DNA from: Chloroflexota bacterium
GTDB taxonomy: Bacteria > Chloroflexota > Dehalococcoidia > UBA2979
Direction of reading: 5' to 3'
Length of the DNA: 18,203 nucleotides
Assembly: GCA_027593235.1 (NCBI GenBank)
Contig: JAQCIU010000049.1
Coordinates: 1 to 18,203 of the forward strand
The position numbers were made by a program, and so were the translations under genes. Under the pieces are notes generated by a model. The model was not told the DNA's origin. It ran no database searches and was given only the letters and a program-made list of their open reading frames with translations. Below are positions 15,663-18,203 of the stretch, in pieces; within the stretch, counting starts at the first letter, position 1, and every line of letters starts with the position of its first letter.

Positions 15663-17339
15663 CTACTCCCACTCAATCGTGCCCGGTGGCTTCGAGGTGA
15701 TGTCGTACACCACCCGGTTCACCTCCGGCACCTCGTTTGTGATCCGCGTCGAAATGTTCGCCAACAGGTCGTACGGCAACCGCGCCCAGTCCGCCGTCAT
15801 CGCGTCCTCGGCCGTCACCACGCGCAGCGCGATCAGGTGCCCGTACGTCCGGAAGTCCCCCTGCACGCCAACCGTCGAGGTATCCGTCAGCACCGCGAAC
15901 GCCTGCCACAGTTCGTAGTAGAGGTTCGCCTTCTTGATCTCGTCCATGACGATCCAGTCGGCGCGCCGCAGCACGTCCAACTTCTCCGCCGTCACCTCGC
16001 CGATCACCCGGATCGCCAGCCCCGGCCCCGGGAACGGCTGCCGGTAGACCATCTCGTCGGAGAGCCCCAGCTCCTTGCCGACGCGCCGCACCTCGTCCTT
16101 GAACAGGTTCCGCAGCGGCTCAATCAGCGTGAACTGCATGTCCTTCGGCAACCCGCCCACGTTGTGGTGGGTCTTGATCTTCACCGCCGCGTCGCTGCCC
16201 GTCGAGGCCGACTCGATCACGTCCGGATACGTCGTCCCCTGCGCGATGAAGTCGACCTTGCCGAGCTTCTCCGCCTCCGCCTCGAACACCCGGATGAACG
16301 TCTCGCCGATCCGAATCCGCTTCGTCTCCGGCGCCGTCACCCCGGCCAGTTCGCGCATGAACCGGTCCTGCGCCTCGACGTGCAGCAGGTTGATTTTCAT
16401 CTGCTCGCGGAACGTCGAAACCACGCGCTCCGGCTCACCCATCCGCAGCAGCGCGTTGTCCACGAAGATGCACGTGAGCTGGTCGCCGACCGCGCGATGC
16501 ACGAGGGCTGCCGCCACCGCCGAGTCGACCCCGCCCGAGAGCGCGCAGATCACCTTGCCGTCGCCAACGGCCTTCCGGATCGCCTCGACCGACTCGTCCA
16601 CGAACGACGAGGCCGTCCAGTCCCCCGCGCAGTGCGCCACCTCGAACAGGAAGTTGCGGATCACCTGCTCGCCCTGGCGCGTATGCACCACCTCCGGGTG
16701 AAACAGGATCCCGTACCGTCCGGCGTCGTCCGCCATCGCCGCGATCGGCGCGTTTTGTGACTGCGCGATCGCCCGGAACCCCGGCGGAAGCTGCTCGATC
16801 CGATCGCCGTGCGACATCCACACCGGCAACGAGGTGGGCAGCGTCTTGAACAGTTCGTTCGAGGCCTCGGCAACCTCGATGATCGCGTGCCCGTACTCCC
16901 GGCTGCCCGCCGCCTGCACGCTGCCGCCCAGCGTGTGAACCAGCAGCTGCATCCCGTAGCAAATCCCGAGGATCGGCAGTCCCGAGGCGATCACCCAGTC
17001 CGGGAGCTGTGGTGCGCCGTCGGCATAGACCGAGGCCGGCCCGCCCGACAGCACGAACGCCTTCACCCGCAGGTGGCTCAGTTGTTCCGGTGGCGTGTTC
17101 CACGGAACCAGCTCGGAGTAGACGCTCGCCTCGCGGATCCGCCGCGTGATCAGCATCGAAAACTGCGAGCCGTAATCGAGCACGACAACCGTCTCCGGCG
17201 CGTTCGGCGCCGGCGTCAGGACCTGCCCCGGTTCGCGCCGCTCCGCGATTTCGAGGTAGGTCGCAACCTCGCTGTCGCCGGAAGCGCGAATCCGATCCGC
17301 CGAGGCGGAGCTGTCTGTGGTTGGTTCGATCATGGGCAC
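15663..17339 (-). CDS. guaA: Glutamine-hydrolyzing GMP synthase with an N-terminal extension
   Basis: LDYGSQ, GICYGMQ (Cys), FHPEV (His/Glu), [31 protein letters not shown]. Start is GTG 17339 or ATG 17333. Confidence 0.97.
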   Translation of the reverse strand: MPMIEPTTDSSASADRIRASGDSEVATYLEIAERREPGQVLTPAPNAPETVVVLDYGSQFSMLITRRIREASVYSELVPWNTPPEQLSHLRVKAFVLSGGPASVYADGAPQLPDWVIASGLPILGICYGMQLLVHTLGGSVQAAGSREYGHAIIEVAEASNELFKTLPTSLPVWMSHGDRIEQLPPGFRAIAQSQNAPIAAMADDAGRYGILFHPEVVHTRQGEQVIRNFLFEVAHCAGDWTASSFVDESVEAIRKAVGDGKVICALSGGVDSAVAAALVHRAVGDQLTCIFVDNALLRMGEPERVVSTFREQMKINLLHVEAQDRFMRELAGVTAPETKRIRIGETFIRVFEAEAEKLGKVDFIAQGTTYPDVIESASTGSDAAVKIKTHHNVGGLPKDMQFTLIEPLRNLFKDEVRRVGKELGLSDEMVYRQPFPGPGLAIRVIGEVTAEKLDVLRRADWIVMDEIKKANLYYELWQAFAVLTDTSTVGVQGDFRTYGHLIALRVVTAEDAMTADWARLPYDLLANISTRITNEVPEVNRVVYDITSKPPGTIEWE

Positions 17340-17370
17340 GGATTCCAGGGGAGTGGACCGCTAAGAAAGC

Positions 17371-17399
17371 AGCCTATCCAGCCGCTATAGTCCGGTCAA
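17371..17399 (-). promoter_or_regulatory. guaA-pur operon promoter TTGACC-N17-TAGGCT
   Basis: Minus strand: -35 is the complement of GGTCAA (17394-17399), -10 is the complement of AGCCTA (17371-17376); same -10 hexamer as the his promoter. Confidence 0.7.
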
Positions 17400-17448
17400 C
17401 GAACACCGTCCGCCCCGCCTCCCGACCCCACCCGCCGAGGAGCGACCG

Positions 17449-18141
17449 CTGCCCATTCTCACCCCCGCCGAATCCGAAGACGTCATCAGCCGCATCCTCG
17501 CGGGTGGCATCGCCGGCATCCCCACGGACACCGTCTACGGACTCGCCGCGCTCGCCACCGACCGCCAGGCCGTCGCCAGCCTCGTCGAGGCCAAAGGCCG
17601 CGCCGCCGATCAGCCGATCGCCCTCCTCTTCGACTCGATCGCCGATGTCAGCCGCCACCTCGCCGATCCGCGCGTCCTCGATGAGATCGCTCGCTTCTGG
17701 CCCGGTGGCCTCACCGCCGTCGTCCGCGCCGCGCCCGGTTCCACGATCGTCGCCCCCGTCGTCACCGAGGCCGGCACGATCGGCATCCGTAAGCCGGACG
17801 ACACCTTGGCGCGCGCCATCATCCGCGCCTGCGGCGGCGTCCTCGCCGTCACCAGTGCCAACCGCCACGGCCAACCCCCCGCCACCACCGCCGACGAGGT
17901 CATCGCCGCCTTCGGCGATCTGCTGCCCGTCCTCGACGGCGGCGACCGCCCCGAGGGCATCCCCTCCACCGTCGTCGACCTGACCGTCGATCCCCCGCGC
18001 CTGCTCCGCGCCGGTGCCGTCGATGTCTCAGTGCTCTTCCCGCCGCCCCAGCGCGACCCGTCGCGCGACCCCGACGGAGATCCACCGAGGCCCAACGACC
18101 CCGATCAACCCGCGCCGGACGCGCCTGAAACAGCCCTCTAG
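17449..18141 (+). CDS. tsaC: L-threonylcarbamoyladenylate synthase (TsaC/YrdC type, no SUA5 C-terminal domain), probable CTG start, 230 aa
   Basis: The frame of track ORF 17806..18141 extends upstream through IPTDTVYGL, KGRAADQPI, FWPGGLT, TIGIR, then TSAN and PSTVVD. SD GAGGAG (17437-17442) lies 6 nt before CTG 17449; in-frame TAA at 17362-17364. Confidence 0.9.
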   Translation: MPILTPAESEDVISRILAGGIAGIPTDTVYGLAALATDRQAVASLVEAKGRAADQPIALLFDSIADVSRHLADPRVLDEIARFWPGGLTAVVRAAPGSTIVAPVVTEAGTIGIRKPDDTLARAIIRACGGVLAVTSANRHGQPPATTADEVIAAFGDLLPVLDGGDRPEGIPSTVVDLTVDPPRLLRAGAVDVSVLFPPPQRDPSRDPDGDPPRPNDPDQPAPDAPETAL

Positions 18142-18203
18142 GTGACTGGTGTCAATCGAGGGCGGGCACCCTCTCGCCGCGGGGTAACCGGCGGTCCGAG
18201 CCG

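Noticed and set aside
17340-17370. Purine, ZTP or PRPP riboswitch ahead of guaA-pur
   Set aside because: The predicted promoter leaves only about 25-30 nt of 5' UTR, and no aptamer consensus is visible.
17449-18141. tsaC as a pseudogene
   Set aside because: All catalytic motifs are in one uninterrupted frame with a good SD; a non-canonical start is simpler.
18142-18203. Start of a further plus-strand gene at GTG 18142
   Set aside because: The frame is open to the window edge but is only 20 codons, with no SD or recognisable motif.

Overview
High-GC bacterial chromosomal window, mostly core metabolism; tentatively Chloroflexota/Dehalococcoidia-like (inference from memory of gene architecture, not verified). 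Left to right: the 3' part of an unknown beta-rich protein; a compact ~160-nt transcription unit (promoter, 14-nt 16S-complementary Shine-Dalgarno, 23-codon ORF folded into a long hairpin, intrinsic terminator); birA; a his operon preceded by a leaderless His-rich leader peptide with terminator/antiterminator (hisZ, a tandem-duplicated hisG, a Zn-dependent phospholipase C-family gene, hisD, hisC, hisB, pcp, hisN, an 84-aa membrane ORF); a convergent minus-strand block (guaA, purD, cupin, purB, purC, purS, MFS transporter); and a divergent tsaC/yrdC that has no ATG/GTG/TTG start and appears to begin at CTG. The best novelty candidates are the 662-821 structured small RNA/micro-ORF, the asymmetric double HisG, the leaderless HxHxHxHxH attenuator and the CTG-initiated tsaC. 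No mobile elements, CRISPR arrays, tRNAs or rRNAs were seen.
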